Shown: one piece after another, positions 37,388-47,849 of the stretch
Position numbering within the stretch: the stretch's first letter is position 1
Layout: every line of letters starts with the position of its first letter
NCBI GenBank assembly: GCA_017406405.1
Contig: JAFQYO010000011.1
Coordinates: 35,435-99,434, forward strand
Origin: Candidatus Saccharimonadota bacterium
GTDB lineage: Bacteria; Patescibacteriota; Saccharimonadia; Saccharimonadales; Saccharimonadaceae
Reading direction: 5' to 3'
DNA length: 64,000 nt
The notes under the pieces: generated by a model
Database searches by the model: none
Seen by the model: the letters and a program-made list of their open reading frames with translations, nothing else
Told to the model about the DNA's origin: nothing
Translations under genes and position numbers: made by a program

Positions 37388-37429
37388 TCCTATCCCCGAT
37401 TGCGGAGTATATGATATAATATATATAAT

Positions 37430-38377
37430 ATGTCAAAGCTAGATGAACTTAAAGCCGAGCTAAAATCCCTCGGCAAAGAATACGCAAAAATCAAAACCCT
37501 CCGCGAGTCCGAGCGCAAAGCTTTTGGCGAAGCTCTAAACGCAAAAAAAGCGAGAATTTTGAGCGCAATTAAAAACTCCGAAAACGAGGCCGATTCTTCC
37601 GCGCTCGCCCCTATCGATCTAACCGCTCCTTTTGCGGAAAATTCCTCCCCCCTCCCCGCTTCAAAGGGAACAAAACACCCTCTCACGACCGAGCTCGACC
37701 TTGTCGCCGAAATCTACCGGAATATGGGCTTCACTATCATCGAATCTCGTCAGCTCGACGACGAATTTCACATGTTCGAGTCTCTTAACTTCCCCGAGGG
37801 TCACCCCGCTCGCGACGGTTATGACACCTTCCGAACCCGCGAAGGCTTCATCCCCCCTGCCCACACCTCGACGATGCAATATCGCGCTTTGACTCGTTTC
37901 CGTTCCGACCTCGACAATTACGGCCAAATTGCCGTCGTGATTCCTGGTCGCGTCTTCCGAAACGAAGACGTCGATGTGACTCATGAACACACTTTTTACC
38001 AGTGCGAAGGCATCTTCGTCTCAAAATCCGCGACCCTCGGCCAGCTTCTCGCGACCTGGAAAAACTTCTTCGAAACCTATTACGGCCAAAAACTGAACAT
38101 AAAAACCCAGCCTGGTTTCTTCCCGTTCACCGAACCTTCGCTCGAGTTCCAAATCGAAAAACCTGCCGCCCTCGGCGGAAAAGGTGACGACTGGCTGGAA
38201 ATGGGTGGCTGTGGCATGATTCACCCTAACGTCCTTAAAACCGCTGGAATCGACCCCGACGTTTACAAAGGCTTTGCCTGGGGCGGCGGAATCGACCGTC
38301 TCGTCATGCTGAAATACGGAATCTCCGACGTTCGCTACTTCGAATCCGGAAAACTTGACTTCTTAAAGGAATTTTAA
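37430..38377 (+). CDS. pheS: Phenylalanine--tRNA ligase alpha subunit
   Basis: HPARD..DTF, AHTS, GRVFRNE, FPFTEPS, GIDRLVML. Confidence 0.98.
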   Translation: MSKLDELKAELKSLGKEYAKIKTLRESERKAFGEALNAKKARILSAIKNSENEADSSALAPIDLTAPFAENSSPLPASKGTKHPLTTELDLVAEIYRNMGFTIIESRQLDDEFHMFESLNFPEGHPARDGYDTFRTREGFIPPAHTSTMQYRALTRFRSDLDNYGQIAVVIPGRVFRNEDVDVTHEHTFYQCEGIFVSKSATLGQLLATWKNFFETYYGQKLNIKTQPGFFPFTEPSLEFQIEKPAALGGKGDDWLEMGGCGMIHPNVLKTAGIDPDVYKGFAWGGGIDRLVMLKYGISDVRYFESGKLDFLKEF

Positions 38378-38379
38378 CC

Positions 38380-40881
38380 ATGCTCATCTCTCTTAACGAA
38401 CTCAAAAAACTTGTTGACATAAAAATCCCCGACGACGAACTTTTCTCGCTCATCGGCTCGCGTCTTGTCGAAATCGAGTCAGTTGACGACTGGACAAAAA
38501 AGTTTCATAAAATATACATAGTCAAAGTCCTCAGTTGTGAAGGCATCGAAGGAACTCATCTTCATCTCTGCAAAATCGACGCCGGTCAAGACCTTAACAG
38601 CGAAATCGACCCCGAACATAGCGATTATATCCAGGTCGTCTGCGGCGCCCCGAATGTAAAAACCGGCATGTTCGCCGCCTGGATTGCTCCCGGAGCCGTT
38701 GTTCCTGCGACCGCTGGCACCTCCGAACCTTTCGAAATTTCCGCCCGAAAGCTCCGTGGTTATATGAGCTATGGCATGCTCGCTGGCGCCGACGAGCTCG
38801 GTCTCGGCGATGACCATTCTGGCATCGTCGAACTCGACCCGACCTCTCTTAAACCCGGCGCTCTCCTCTCCGACGCTCTCGATTTAAACGACAAAATCAT
38901 CGAAGTCGAGAACAAGTCTCTGACCCACCGCCCGGATTGTTTCGGAATTTACGGGTTCGCCCGCGAAGTCGCCGGCATCCTCGGCCAAGAGTTCAAAGAA
39001 CCGCTCGCCTCGATTGGCGAACCTCTTAAAGACTTCCTCTCTAGCCATTCTTCGACCGCTCCCGACTTCTCTATTAACCTCCTCGACCGCTCTATCTGCC
39101 CCGCCTACGAAGCCCTCGTTTTTGATTTTTCCACTCTCCCCGCCCGAAAAACCCCCTATCTCGCCCCCGACGACATCTTCCTCTTCAAGTCCGGCATGCG
39201 CCCGATTTCGCCCCTCGTCGATGCGACAAACCTCATCATGCTTAAAACCGGCCAGCCTCTTCATGCTTTCGACTACGACAAATTCCTAGCCGTCGGTTCA
39301 AAAACCTCCGCCCCAGAAATCTCTGTCCGCCTCGCTCGCAATGGCGAAAAACTCACCCTCCTTGACGGCCGAGAAATCACCCTCGAAAGAACCGACATCG
39401 TGATTTGTTCCGGCGACACCCCTGTCGCTCTCGCCGGCGCTATGGGCGGGAAATCGACCGAAATCGACGCTTCCACGAAAAAAATCATCGTCGAAATCGC
39501 CAGCTTCTCCCTTTATAACCTCCGAAAAACCCAAATGTCTCACGGGATTTTCTCCGAAGCTATCACTCGTTTCACAAAAGGCCGCCCCGCGACCGACCTC
39601 GCTCCTGCGACCGACCTCTCTATTCAATCTTTCGCCGCCCTCGGCGGGAAATTCTCAGGCGCCGTCTTCGAAGACGCCCCCGAGCCTCTCGAAAACTCCC
39701 CGATTCGCGTATCTATCCCCGAGACAAACTCCCTCCTCGGCTCAAATTATTCAAAAGACCTAATCATAAAAACCCTTAAAAACGTCAACATCCGCGTCGA
39801 ATCTTCTTCCGAGAACACGCTCGAAGTCTTTCCTCCGGTTTGGCGCACCGACCTTCATATAAAAGAAGACGTTATCGAAGAAGTTGGCCGTCTCCTCGGC
39901 TACGACAATCTCCCGCTCTCCTTCCCGACTCGCCCGCTAACCTGCGCAAAAATCGACCCGCTTCTCTCCTTAAAATCAAGAGTCCGTTCGATTCTCTCCG
40001 ACCGCCTCGGGTTTAACGAACTTCTGACCTATTCTTTCGTCTCCCGAAAGCTCTTTGAAAAAGCCGACAGTTCCCCCGAAGACGCCTACGAAATTGTCAA
40101 CTCAATTTCCCCCGAGCTCGAACTTTTCCGCCCGTCGCTCGTCCCGACCCTTGTCGAAAAAACCTACGAAAACCTCCGCGCCGGCCATAAAGACTTCACC
40201 CTCTACGAAATAAACCAAGTCTCGAAAAAATCCTTCGGTTTGAACGAAGAAAACGTCCCAAATTTGAAAACTTGCCTTTCCGTCGTTTCGCTTCGCGATT
40301 TTTATTTCATAAAATCCGTCATTTTAGAGCTCAAAAAGTCCCTGGGCCTTGACCTCGTTTTAAAATCCGCTCCCCGCTCCGCCTTCGAAAACTCCCCGTT
40401 TGAGCCTCTTCGTTCGCTCGAAATCTACCTTACTTCCGGCTCTGACGAAATCTTGCTCGGTCGCCTCGGCGAGCTTAAATCCTCAGTGAAAAAATCCTTC
40501 AAACTTTCGGAAGTTTGCTCCGCGCTCGAAATTTCGCTCGAACCCCTTATTCTCGTTAAAAATCCAAAATCCTCCGCCCCCCTAAAAATCTCTCTCTCGA
40601 AATTCCCGTTCGTCTCGCGCGATTTGACCTTCCGTGTCTCCGAGGACACTCCTTTTGCAGCTGTCGAATCCGCCCTTATCTCCGCTCTCTCCGAGGATAA
40701 AGACCTCGTCTTTAACCTCACTCCCACCTCAATTTACAAAAAACCAGTCTCCTCGACTAAAAATCTCTCCTTCCACCTCGACCTAACAAATAAAACAAAA
40801 ACCCTGAACTCCGCCGAAATATCTGCTATAATAGAGGACATCACCGCTCGGCTTTCCGCGCTTGGCGCCGAGTTAGTCTAA
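38380..40881 (+). CDS. pheT: Phenylalanine--tRNA ligase beta subunit
   Basis: VVCGAPNV, NKSLTHRPD, B3/4, EEVGRLLGYD, C-terminal FDX (SRDLTF). Confidence 0.97.
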   Translation: MLISLNELKKLVDIKIPDDELFSLIGSRLVEIESVDDWTKKFHKIYIVKVLSCEGIEGTHLHLCKIDAGQDLNSEIDPEHSDYIQVVCGAPNVKTGMFAAWIAPGAVVPATAGTSEPFEISARKLRGYMSYGMLAGADELGLGDDHSGIVELDPTSLKPGALLSDALDLNDKIIEVENKSLTHRPDCFGIYGFAREVAGILGQEFKEPLASIGEPLKDFLSSHSSTAPDFSINLLDRSICPAYEALVFDFSTLPARKTPYLAPDDIFLFKSGMRPISPLVDATNLIMLKTGQPLHAFDYDKFLAVGSKTSAPEISVRLARNGEKLTLLDGREITLERTDIVICSGDTPVALAGAMGGKSTEIDASTKKIIVEIASFSLYNLRKTQMSHGIFSEAITRFTKGRPATDLAPATDLSIQSFAALGGKFSGAVFEDAPEPLENSPIRVSIPETNSLLGSNYSKDLIIKTLKNVNIRVESSSENTLEVFPPVWRTDLHIKEDVIEEVGRLLGYDNLPLSFPTRPLTCAKIDPLLSLKSRVRSILSDRLGFNELLTYSFVSRKLFEKADSSPEDAYEIVNSISPELELFRPSLVPTLVEKTYENLRAGHKDFTLYEINQVSKKSFGLNEENVPNLKTCLSVVSLRDFYFIKSVILELKKSLGLDLVLKSAPRSAFENSPFEPLRSLEIYLTSGSDEILLGRLGELKSSVKKSFKLSEVCSALEISLEPLILVKNPKSSAPLKISLSKFPFVSRDLTFRVSEDTPFAAVESALISALSEDKDLVFNLTPTSIYKKPVSSTKNLSFHLDLTNKTKTLNSAEISAIIEDITARLSALGAELV

Positions 40882-40901
40882 CTCTAACCACAGGAGGAAT
40901 C

Positions 40902-41648
40902 ATGGAAGAACAAGCCCTAAAAACAACTTGGAAACAACGCTTAGTTATCGCTTTAATCGCTATTATTATGCTCGGCTCGACTATCGCCGTCTATATTTTC
41001 ATCGCGCTCGGGAAAGATGTCGATTATTCAAAGATGACCACAAACCAGCTCCAAACCGCCTACGAAGAGACCTACGAAAAATACGAAGAACGCGTCTCTT
41101 CGCTCTCGAGCGAATATTTCGACGAATTTGTCGCCTATAAACAAAACGTCAAGGCTTACAACTCCACGACCGCAAACTCAAACGGCGTTACCTCAACCGA
41201 CCTTAAAGAAGGCACTGGCGACGAAATCGGAGACGATTATTCTGCTTATTATATCGGTTGGTGCGCCGACGAAACCATCTTCGATTCGTCTTTTGACAAT
41301 TACGAAACCCCGACCGCGCTGGAAGCTCCGCTTTCTGTCACTCCTGACAGTTTGATCGAAGGTTGGTACCTCGGAACCTCCGGAATGCGCTACGGCGGAA
41401 TTCGAGAAGTTACCATCCCCGGCTCGCTCGCTTATGGCGACACTCAAGAAATCTGCGGTTCAAAAAACGCCCCGCTTAAATTCATTATCCTCGCCATCAA
41501 ACAAGATAAAGACCTCGAAGTTCTCTCCGAAAAACTCAGCAGCATCTACGCCGCCCTCTCCTCTGCCTTCGCCTCTGAATACTCTAACTATTCCGACGAA
41601 TCCGTCGTCGAAGGCGAAGACGGCGAAACGGTCACAGTCAGCGAGTAG
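40902..41648 (+). CDS. Membrane-anchored FKBP-type peptidyl-prolyl isomerase
   Basis: N-terminal TM; YIGW...FDSS...LIEGW...GM..GG.RE..IP..LAYG. Confidence 0.85.
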   Translation: MEEQALKTTWKQRLVIALIAIIMLGSTIAVYIFIALGKDVDYSKMTTNQLQTAYEETYEKYEERVSSLSSEYFDEFVAYKQNVKAYNSTTANSNGVTSTDLKEGTGDEIGDDYSAYYIGWCADETIFDSSFDNYETPTALEAPLSVTPDSLIEGWYLGTSGMRYGGIREVTIPGSLAYGDTQEICGSKNAPLKFIILAIKQDKDLEVLSEKLSSIYAALSSAFASEYSNYSDESVVEGEDGETVTVSE

Positions 41649-41653
41649 TCTCC

Positions 41654-43072
41654 ATGGCTCGCCCGTCTTTCTTCTTTTATGACCTAGAAACCTCAGGTTT
41701 AAGTTCCGCCGACGACCGCATTATGCAGTTCGCCGGCCAACGCACAAACCTCGATTTGAAGCCAATCGGCGACCCTTATAACATCCTCGTCAAACTTCCC
41801 GACGACACCCTGCCGTCCCCCGGTGCAATTCTCACCACAAAAATCACCCCCCAAGAAACCCAATCCGACGGAATTCTAGAAAGCGAACTCTCGAAAACCC
41901 TCGCCGAAGAAGTCTTCCGTCCCGACACTATTATCGTCGGCTTTAACTCCGTCCGCTTCGACGACAAATTCATCCAACATCTCTTCTGGCGTAATTTTTA
42001 CGACCCTTATGAGTGGCAATGGCGCGACGGTCGCTCTCGCTGGGATATGCTCGACGTCGTTCGTATGACTCGTGCCCTCCGCCCCGAAGGAATAAACTGG
42101 CCCTTCACCGACGACGGAAAGCCCACAAACCGCCTCGAGCTCATCACAAAGCTAAACGGCATCTCCCACGAATCCGCCCACGACGCCCTCTCCGACGTAA
42201 ACGCCTTGATTGAAGTAACTCGTCTTGTCCGCGACCGCCAAGAAAAACTATTTAGCTACCTCTTGAAAATGCGCGACAAACGCGAAGTAAAAGGACTGAT
42301 AAATCTCCACTCTCCGAAGCCTTTTGTCTATACTTCCGGCCGCTATGGGTCGAAGTACAATTTCACGACCGTCGTTTATCCCTTATTTTTGACAAAAAAG
42401 GGAAATGTTGTCGTCTTTGACCTCCGCAAAAACCTCGACGAGCTTCTCGAAAAAGCCAAAATTTCGAGCGCGGACAAAACTTCCGAAAAACCTTTAAATA
42501 ATCTTTTCTACCCGACCATAAAAGAGCTCGCCTTTAATCGCTGTCCCGCTGTGGCTCCGCTCGGCGTCCTCGACCAAGAATCCGGCTGGGAAAAAATCGG
42601 ACTTTCCCGCGAGACCGTCTTTAAAAACCTCGAAACCCTAAAAAACCACCCCGACTTCCTCAAATCCCTTAAAAAAGACTTCGATTCCGACGAATACGAG
42701 AAAAAACCGCTCGATGTCGAAGGCTCCCTCTATGATTCATTCACCCCCGACGAAGACAAAGTCCGCATCGCCGCCGTCCGCTCCGGAACTGCCGCTTCTC
42801 TCGCTGATTTTCACCCTAACTTCGTTGACGAACGCCTTTCCGAACTCCTCGTCCATTACAAAGCAAAAAACTTCCCAGATTCTCTGACCGAATCCGAAGC
42901 CGCCGAATGGCGAAAATATCGCGAAGCTCGCCTGTCGCGCCAAGCCCCGATTTTTCTCGCCGAGCTAAAAAAGTGTCAAGAAACCCCAGAAATCATGAAC
43001 AACCCCGAAAAATCCTTCCTCTTAGAAGAGCTTCTTCTCTGGTATCAGTCTCTTCAAGAACTCGACTACTAG
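41654..43072 (+). CDS. sbcB: Exodeoxyribonuclease I
   Basis: FYDLETSG, QFAGQRT, GFNSVRFDD, AHDALSDV. Confidence 0.92.
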   Translation: MARPSFFFYDLETSGLSSADDRIMQFAGQRTNLDLKPIGDPYNILVKLPDDTLPSPGAILTTKITPQETQSDGILESELSKTLAEEVFRPDTIIVGFNSVRFDDKFIQHLFWRNFYDPYEWQWRDGRSRWDMLDVVRMTRALRPEGINWPFTDDGKPTNRLELITKLNGISHESAHDALSDVNALIEVTRLVRDRQEKLFSYLLKMRDKREVKGLINLHSPKPFVYTSGRYGSKYNFTTVVYPLFLTKKGNVVVFDLRKNLDELLEKAKISSADKTSEKPLNNLFYPTIKELAFNRCPAVAPLGVLDQESGWEKIGLSRETVFKNLETLKNHPDFLKSLKKDFDSDEYEKKPLDVEGSLYDSFTPDEDKVRIAAVRSGTAASLADFHPNFVDERLSELLVHYKAKNFPDSLTESEAAEWRKYREARLSRQAPIFLAELKKCQETPEIMNNPEKSFLLEELLLWYQSLQELDY

Positions 43073-43124
43073 CGCTCTGCGGGTCTGGACTTTTTCCTAA
43101 AAATCCTGTATAATGTCTAAGTTT

Positions 43125-46001
43125 ATGGAAGAGAACTATATAAAAATCCGCGGCGCCCGCCAACACAACTTAAAAAACATCAACGTCGATATCCCTCGCG
43201 ATAAACTCGTCGTTCTGACGGGTCTTTCCGGCTCCGGAAAATCCTCGCTTGCTTTCGACACAATTTACGCCGAAGGCCAACGTCGTTATGTCGAGTCTCT
43301 CTCTTCCTACGCTCGAATGTTTCTCGGTGTCATGGACAAGCCTGATGTCGACACCATCACCGGCCTTTCCCCCGCCATCTCTATCGACCAAAAATCCACC
43401 TCAAGAAACCCTCGTTCGACCGTCGCGACCGTGACCGAGGTCTATGATTATCTTCGCCTTCTCTTCGCTCGCGTCGGCGTGCCTCACTGTCCGGTCTGCC
43501 ATCGCCCCGTCTCTCGTCGTTCGGTCGAAGACATCGTGAACGAAGTCTTAAAACTCCCTCTCGGCTCAAAACTCATGCTCCTCGCGCCTATCGTCTCCGC
43601 AAAAAAAGGCGAATTTGCCCATATCCCCGACCAATTCATCCCGAAAGGTTTCTCTCGTGTCCGCATCGACGGCATCATCTACGCCCTCGACGAATTTCCG
43701 TCCCTCGAAAAAAACGAACGCCACGATATCGAGCTCGTCGTCGACCGTTTTATCCTTTCTCCCGACCAACGCACCCGCATCTCCGGTTCAATCGAACAAG
43801 CTCTCGAGCTCGGCCAGGGAATCATAAAACTCCTTAAAATCACCGACAACTCGACTTCGATTTCCGATAAAGGTATAAAAGATTCCGAAATCCTCACCTT
43901 CTCCCAGCGCTACGCTTGCGACCTTCACCCCGACGAACTTATCCCCGAACTCACCCCGCGCCTTTTCTCGTTCAACGCCCCCGAAGGTGCCTGCCCGACC
44001 TGTACTGGCCTCGGGAGTCGCATGGAAATCGACCCTGCCCTCGTTTTTAACCCAAACTTAACCATCTCCGAAGGCGGCATCCGCCCCTTTAATCGCGTTT
44101 CTTATGACTCTTACTGGCTAAAACGCCTCGCTTCGGTCGGCGAACGCCACGGTTTTTCTATTCACACCCCAATCCGCGATTTAAAGCCCGAACATCTCGA
44201 GATGATTCTTTACGGAACCGGAGACGAAAAATACAAGGTAACCGTCTCTGGCCGCGGAAAATTCTCCGCCGGAACCATCTACGAAACGACTTATGAGGGC
44301 GTCATCCCTAATCTCGAACGCCGCTACAATAACCCCGACACTTCCGAATTCATAAAAAAAGATATCGAACGATTCATGCGTGTCCGGGAGTGTCAGACCT
44401 GTCATGGCGCCCGCTTAAAACCCGTTGTTCTCGCCGTCACTATCCACGACCTCAACATTATCGACATGTGCTCCATGGATGTCGACTCAACTCTAAAAGT
44501 CCTTAATTCCGACCTTAAATTCTCCCCTGAAGAATCCTTAATCGCCGACCCAATTCTAAAAGAAATCCGCGAACGCGTAAAATTCATGCAAGACGTCGGT
44601 CTCGGCTATCTCGAGCTCGCTCGCGCCGCCAACACTCTCTCCGGCGGCGAGGCCCAACGCATCCGTCTCGCGACCCAAATCGGCTCCGGCCTCCAGGGCG
44701 TTCTTTACGTCCTCGACGAACCTTCGATTGGTCTTCACCAACGCGACAACGACAAATTGATTTCGACCTTAAAACACCTCCGAGACTTAAAAAACACCGT
44801 CCTTGTTGTCGAACACGACGAAGACACCATGCTCTCGTCCGACTACATTATCGACATCGGCCCCGGAGCTGGCTCTGGCGGCGGACGGCTCGTTGCCGCT
44901 GGCACCCCCGAAGAAATCATGAAAAACCCCGCCTCGATTACCGGGAAATACCTCTCCGGTGCCTTAAAAATCGACCCCCCGAAAAAACGCCGCACCCCGA
45001 AAAAGGATAAATTTCTCACCGTCGTCGGCGCCCGCGAAAACAACTTAAAAAACCTCACGGTCCGGTTCCCGCTCGGAGTGATGACCGTCGTTTCTGGCGT
45101 CTCCGGCTCCGGAAAATCGACCCTCGTTAACGAAATCATCGCTAAAGAGCTTCAAGCTCGCTTAAACCACGCCCAGACCGTCCCCGGTCTCCACTCCCGA
45201 ATCGACGGAATCGAAAACCTCGACAAAGTCGTCATCGTCGACCAATCCCCGATCGGCCGCACCCCCCGCAGCAACCCTGCGACTTACACCGGCGTTTTTA
45301 CTGCCATTCGCGACCTCTACGCCGCTCAGCCCGAGTCCGAAGTCCGCGGTTATAAATCCGGCCGTTTCTCGTTCAACGTTAAAGGCGGTCGTTGCGAAGC
45401 TTGCCAAGGCGACGGCGTCAACAAAATCGAAATGCACTTCCTCCCCGACGTTTATGTTACCTGCCCGACTTGTCATGGTCGCCGCTACAATCGCGAAGCC
45501 CTCGAAATCAAATACAAGGGAAAGGATATCTCCGAAGTTCTCGAAATGACCATCGACGAAGCTGTCGAATTCTTCAAAAACATCCCCGCTATCCATAACA
45601 AACTCAAAACCCTCCAAGAAGTCGGCCTCGGCTACATCCGCCTGGGCCAGCCCGCCACGACTTTCTCGGGTGGCGAAGCCCAAAGAATAAAGCTCGCGAC
45701 CGAACTTTCCCGCCGAAGCACCGGAAAAACTCTCTATATCCTCGACGAGCCTACGACCGGTCTCCACACCGACGACGTCAAACGTCTCTTGAAAATCCTC
45801 GACAAACTCGTCTCTGGCGGAAACTCTATGATTGTCATCGAACACAATCTCCACGTCATCAAATCCGCCGACTGGATTATCGACATGGGTCCGGAAGGCG
45901 GTCAGGGCGGAGGCGAAGTCGTCGCCACCGGCACTCCTGAAGACCTCGCTAAATCCGCCTCGACCCCGACCGGCGAATACTTGAAAAAGTTTCTAAAATA
46001 G
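43125..46001 (+). CDS. uvrA: Excinuclease ABC subunit A
   Basis: [14 protein letters not shown], zinc fingers, two ABC cassettes; start taken as MEENY because the ATG at 43113 overlaps the -10 box. Confidence 0.98.
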   Translation: MEENYIKIRGARQHNLKNINVDIPRDKLVVLTGLSGSGKSSLAFDTIYAEGQRRYVESLSSYARMFLGVMDKPDVDTITGLSPAISIDQKSTSRNPRSTVATVTEVYDYLRLLFARVGVPHCPVCHRPVSRRSVEDIVNEVLKLPLGSKLMLLAPIVSAKKGEFAHIPDQFIPKGFSRVRIDGIIYALDEFPSLEKNERHDIELVVDRFILSPDQRTRISGSIEQALELGQGIIKLLKITDNSTSISDKGIKDSEILTFSQRYACDLHPDELIPELTPRLFSFNAPEGACPTCTGLGSRMEIDPALVFNPNLTISEGGIRPFNRVSYDSYWLKRLASVGERHGFSIHTPIRDLKPEHLEMILYGTGDEKYKVTVSGRGKFSAGTIYETTYEGVIPNLERRYNNPDTSEFIKKDIERFMRVRECQTCHGARLKPVVLAVTIHDLNIIDMCSMDVDSTLKVLNSDLKFSPEESLIADPILKEIRERVKFMQDVGLGYLELARAANTLSGGEAQRIRLATQIGSGLQGVLYVLDEPSIGLHQRDNDKLISTLKHLRDLKNTVLVVEHDEDTMLSSDYIIDIGPGAGSGGGRLVAAGTPEEIMKNPASITGKYLSGALKIDPPKKRRTPKKDKFLTVVGARENNLKNLTVRFPLGVMTVVSGVSGSGKSTLVNEIIAKELQARLNHAQTVPGLHSRIDGIENLDKVVIVDQSPIGRTPRSNPATYTGVFTAIRDLYAAQPESEVRGYKSGRFSFNVKGGRCEACQGDGVNKIEMHFLPDVYVTCPTCHGRRYNREALEIKYKGKDISEVLEMTIDEAVEFFKNIPAIHNKLKTLQEVGLGYIRLGQPATTFSGGEAQRIKLATELSRRSTGKTLYILDEPTTGLHTDDVKRLLKILDKLVSGGNSMIVIEHNLHVIKSADWIIDMGPEGGQGGGEVVATGTPEDLAKSASTPTGEYLKKFLK

Positions 46002-46056
46002 TATATAATATCCCTCATTATTTGCACCTTAAAATTTTCGAAAGAGGAGGGGTATT

Positions 46057-46527
46057 ATGTATTATTTTGAACAGAAACAATTGGCACTCCAGCTACAATT
46101 CGCTAGACCTGGCTCTCCCGAAGAACTCAACTTAGTTACCCAGCTCACCGGGCTCGTCAAAACCGAAACCGGCTGGGACGACCCGACGAAATCTGCCGAA
46201 TCCTCAGCTGACCGAGACGAAGAGTTTTTCGAAAAGTCAAAAACCTACCTTCGTGGTCTCACGATAGAAGAACTAACCCACTTAAAACCTGTCGTCTATG
46301 AAGCGATTATCACCCGTTTTATAAATCACTTCTCGAACCTCGAGAAAAACTATCTTTTCCCTCGCGACAAAGCCGTACTTTTGTTTAGCTATCAAATAAT
46401 CTCCCAGCTTATTCGAGCCTCCCAATCTTCTCCCGGCGCTCCAGCTATTCTCGACTCGACCATCTCCGAAGAACTCAACAAAACCCTCCAGCTCGAAAAG
46501 TATCTCCCTCAAGAATATCTTTCTTGA
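46057..46527 (+). CDS. Hypothetical protein (stand-alone accessory gene)
   Basis: TTGAAA-N17-TATAAT (45981-46009), GAGGAGG SD, hairpin at 46536-46555. Confidence 0.75.
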   Translation: MYYFEQKQLALQLQFARPGSPEELNLVTQLTGLVKTETGWDDPTKSAESSADRDEEFFEKSKTYLRGLTIEELTHLKPVVYEAIITRFINHFSNLEKNYLFPRDKAVLLFSYQIISQLIRASQSSPGAPAILDSTISEELNKTLQLEKYLPQEYLS

Positions 46528-46535
46528 CCGATTTT

Positions 46536-46565
46536 GGCCCCTATTTATAGGGGTCTTGTTTTTTG
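46536..46565 (+). terminator. Intrinsic terminator
   Basis: GGCCCCTAT-TT-ATAGGGGTC followed by TTGTTTTTT. Confidence 0.65.
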
Positions 46566-46606
46566 AACAAATCTACTATAAAATAGATACAAATTAAGGA
46601 GGTAAA

Positions 46607-47332
46607 ATGTCTGAATACAATTTAAGTTTGAGCGTCCGCACCGAAACAGGAAAGAAAGCCCTCGTTCTCCGTAAATCTGGTTTTATTCCTTCAGTTATTT
46701 ATGGCGGAAAATCTGAGATTCTCGCGAAATCTCCCTATAACGAAACCGAAAAAGTCCTTCGCGGCGCCGGTTATCACTCCCCGATTTCTCTTGACATCGA
46801 CGGGAAGAAATCCCTTGCCGTCATCAAAAACGTCTCGCTCGACCCAGTTTCTCGTCGAATCACCTCTGTTTCCTTCAAGGCCGTCTCCGCCCGCAAGCCC
46901 GTCGAAGCTTCCGCTCCGATCATCCTTAAAGATTTCGAATCTTCCGAAGCAAACAAAAACCACCTCTCTCTGTCTCAAGTTCTCGAAGAAATCGCCGTCG
47001 TTGCAAAACCTTCTGATCTCCCGAAAGAACTCCCAATTGACGCGTCTAAACTCGCCACTTTAGAGGACAAACTCTTCGTCAAAGACATCGTCCTCCCGAA
47101 AGGTGTCGAATTTGCCGAAAAAGATTTGAATCCCGAAACCGTCGTCGCGACGTTATTTGACGCCGCCGCCGAGGCTGCCGCCCGCGAAGAAGCCGAAAGA
47201 AAAGCCGCTGAGGCCGAAAAAGCCGCCGAGGCCGAATCTTCCGACGCCGAACCCTCCGAAGAAGCCTCTGAAAAAGCCTCCGAAGAATCCCCCGAGTCCT
47301 CCGAACCTTCCAGAGAAACCCCCGAAAACTAG
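46607..47332 (+). CDS. rplY: 50S ribosomal protein L25/Ctc
   Basis: GK...LRKSGFIPSVIYGG; C-terminal beta domain and acidic tail. Confidence 0.9.
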   Translation: MSEYNLSLSVRTETGKKALVLRKSGFIPSVIYGGKSEILAKSPYNETEKVLRGAGYHSPISLDIDGKKSLAVIKNVSLDPVSRRITSVSFKAVSARKPVEASAPIILKDFESSEANKNHLSLSQVLEEIAVVAKPSDLPKELPIDASKLATLEDKLFVKDIVLPKGVEFAEKDLNPETVVATLFDAAAEAAAREEAERKAAEAEKAAEAESSDAEPSEEASEKASEESPESSEPSRETPEN

Positions 47333-47339
47333 TCGTTTT

Positions 47340-47370
47340 AAAACCGCCCTCTCGGGCGGTTATTTTTTTT
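47340..47370. terminator. Bidirectional terminator
   Basis: AAAACCGCCC-TCTC-GGGCGGTTATTTTTTTT. Confidence 0.8.
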
Positions 47371-47695
47371 AGAAGTTTCTTCGATTGGTTGCCATAGCTT
47401 CCCTCATAAGTTCCATATAATCTATGCTTATCTCTGCAAGCGCGTGGATTTTTTCCTCGACTTTTCCCGGAACAATTTCTTCCGTTTCAACAAACCGAAT
47501 CGCCGAGAAAGCCCACTCCCATATCTCTTTCACTCCTTCCTGAATTTTGATTTCAAGTCTCTCGACATCTTGAACAAGATTATCTTTAAGTATCTGATAA
47601 GCCGGACAATTTTCAAGCTTATCTGCTTCGTTCAAGATATCATACTTGTTTCTTAATTCCTTCAGGTCCCATCTGAGTTCATCCAAATCAACCAT
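47369..47695 (-). CDS. Hypothetical helical protein (stand-alone accessory gene)
   Basis: Start re-assigned to MVDLDEL after GAGGAGG; TTGACT-N17-TATAAT at 47742-47770 on the - strand; AT-richer than flanks. Confidence 0.7.
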   Translation of the reverse strand: MVDLDELRWDLKELRNKYDILNEADKLENCPAYQILKDNLVQDVERLEIKIQEGVKEIWEWAFSAIRFVETEEIVPGKVEEKIHALAEISIDYMELMREAMATNRRNF

Positions 47696-47849
47696 CTTAC
47701 CCCTCCTCGAGAAAAAGTTACTTAACAACAGTTACTCTTCTATTATATCACACTTTTTGAAAAAAGTCAACGCTAAGCTTTTCTCCCTCCTTTCAACCCT
47801 TGAAAAAATATCCTTTCAAAACTCATAAAACTTATGCTAAAATAAACTT

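Noticed and set aside
13790-37430. T-box riboswitches before lysS, serS, metG and pheS
   Set aside because: Intergenic gaps are only ~10-45 bp, too short for a T-box
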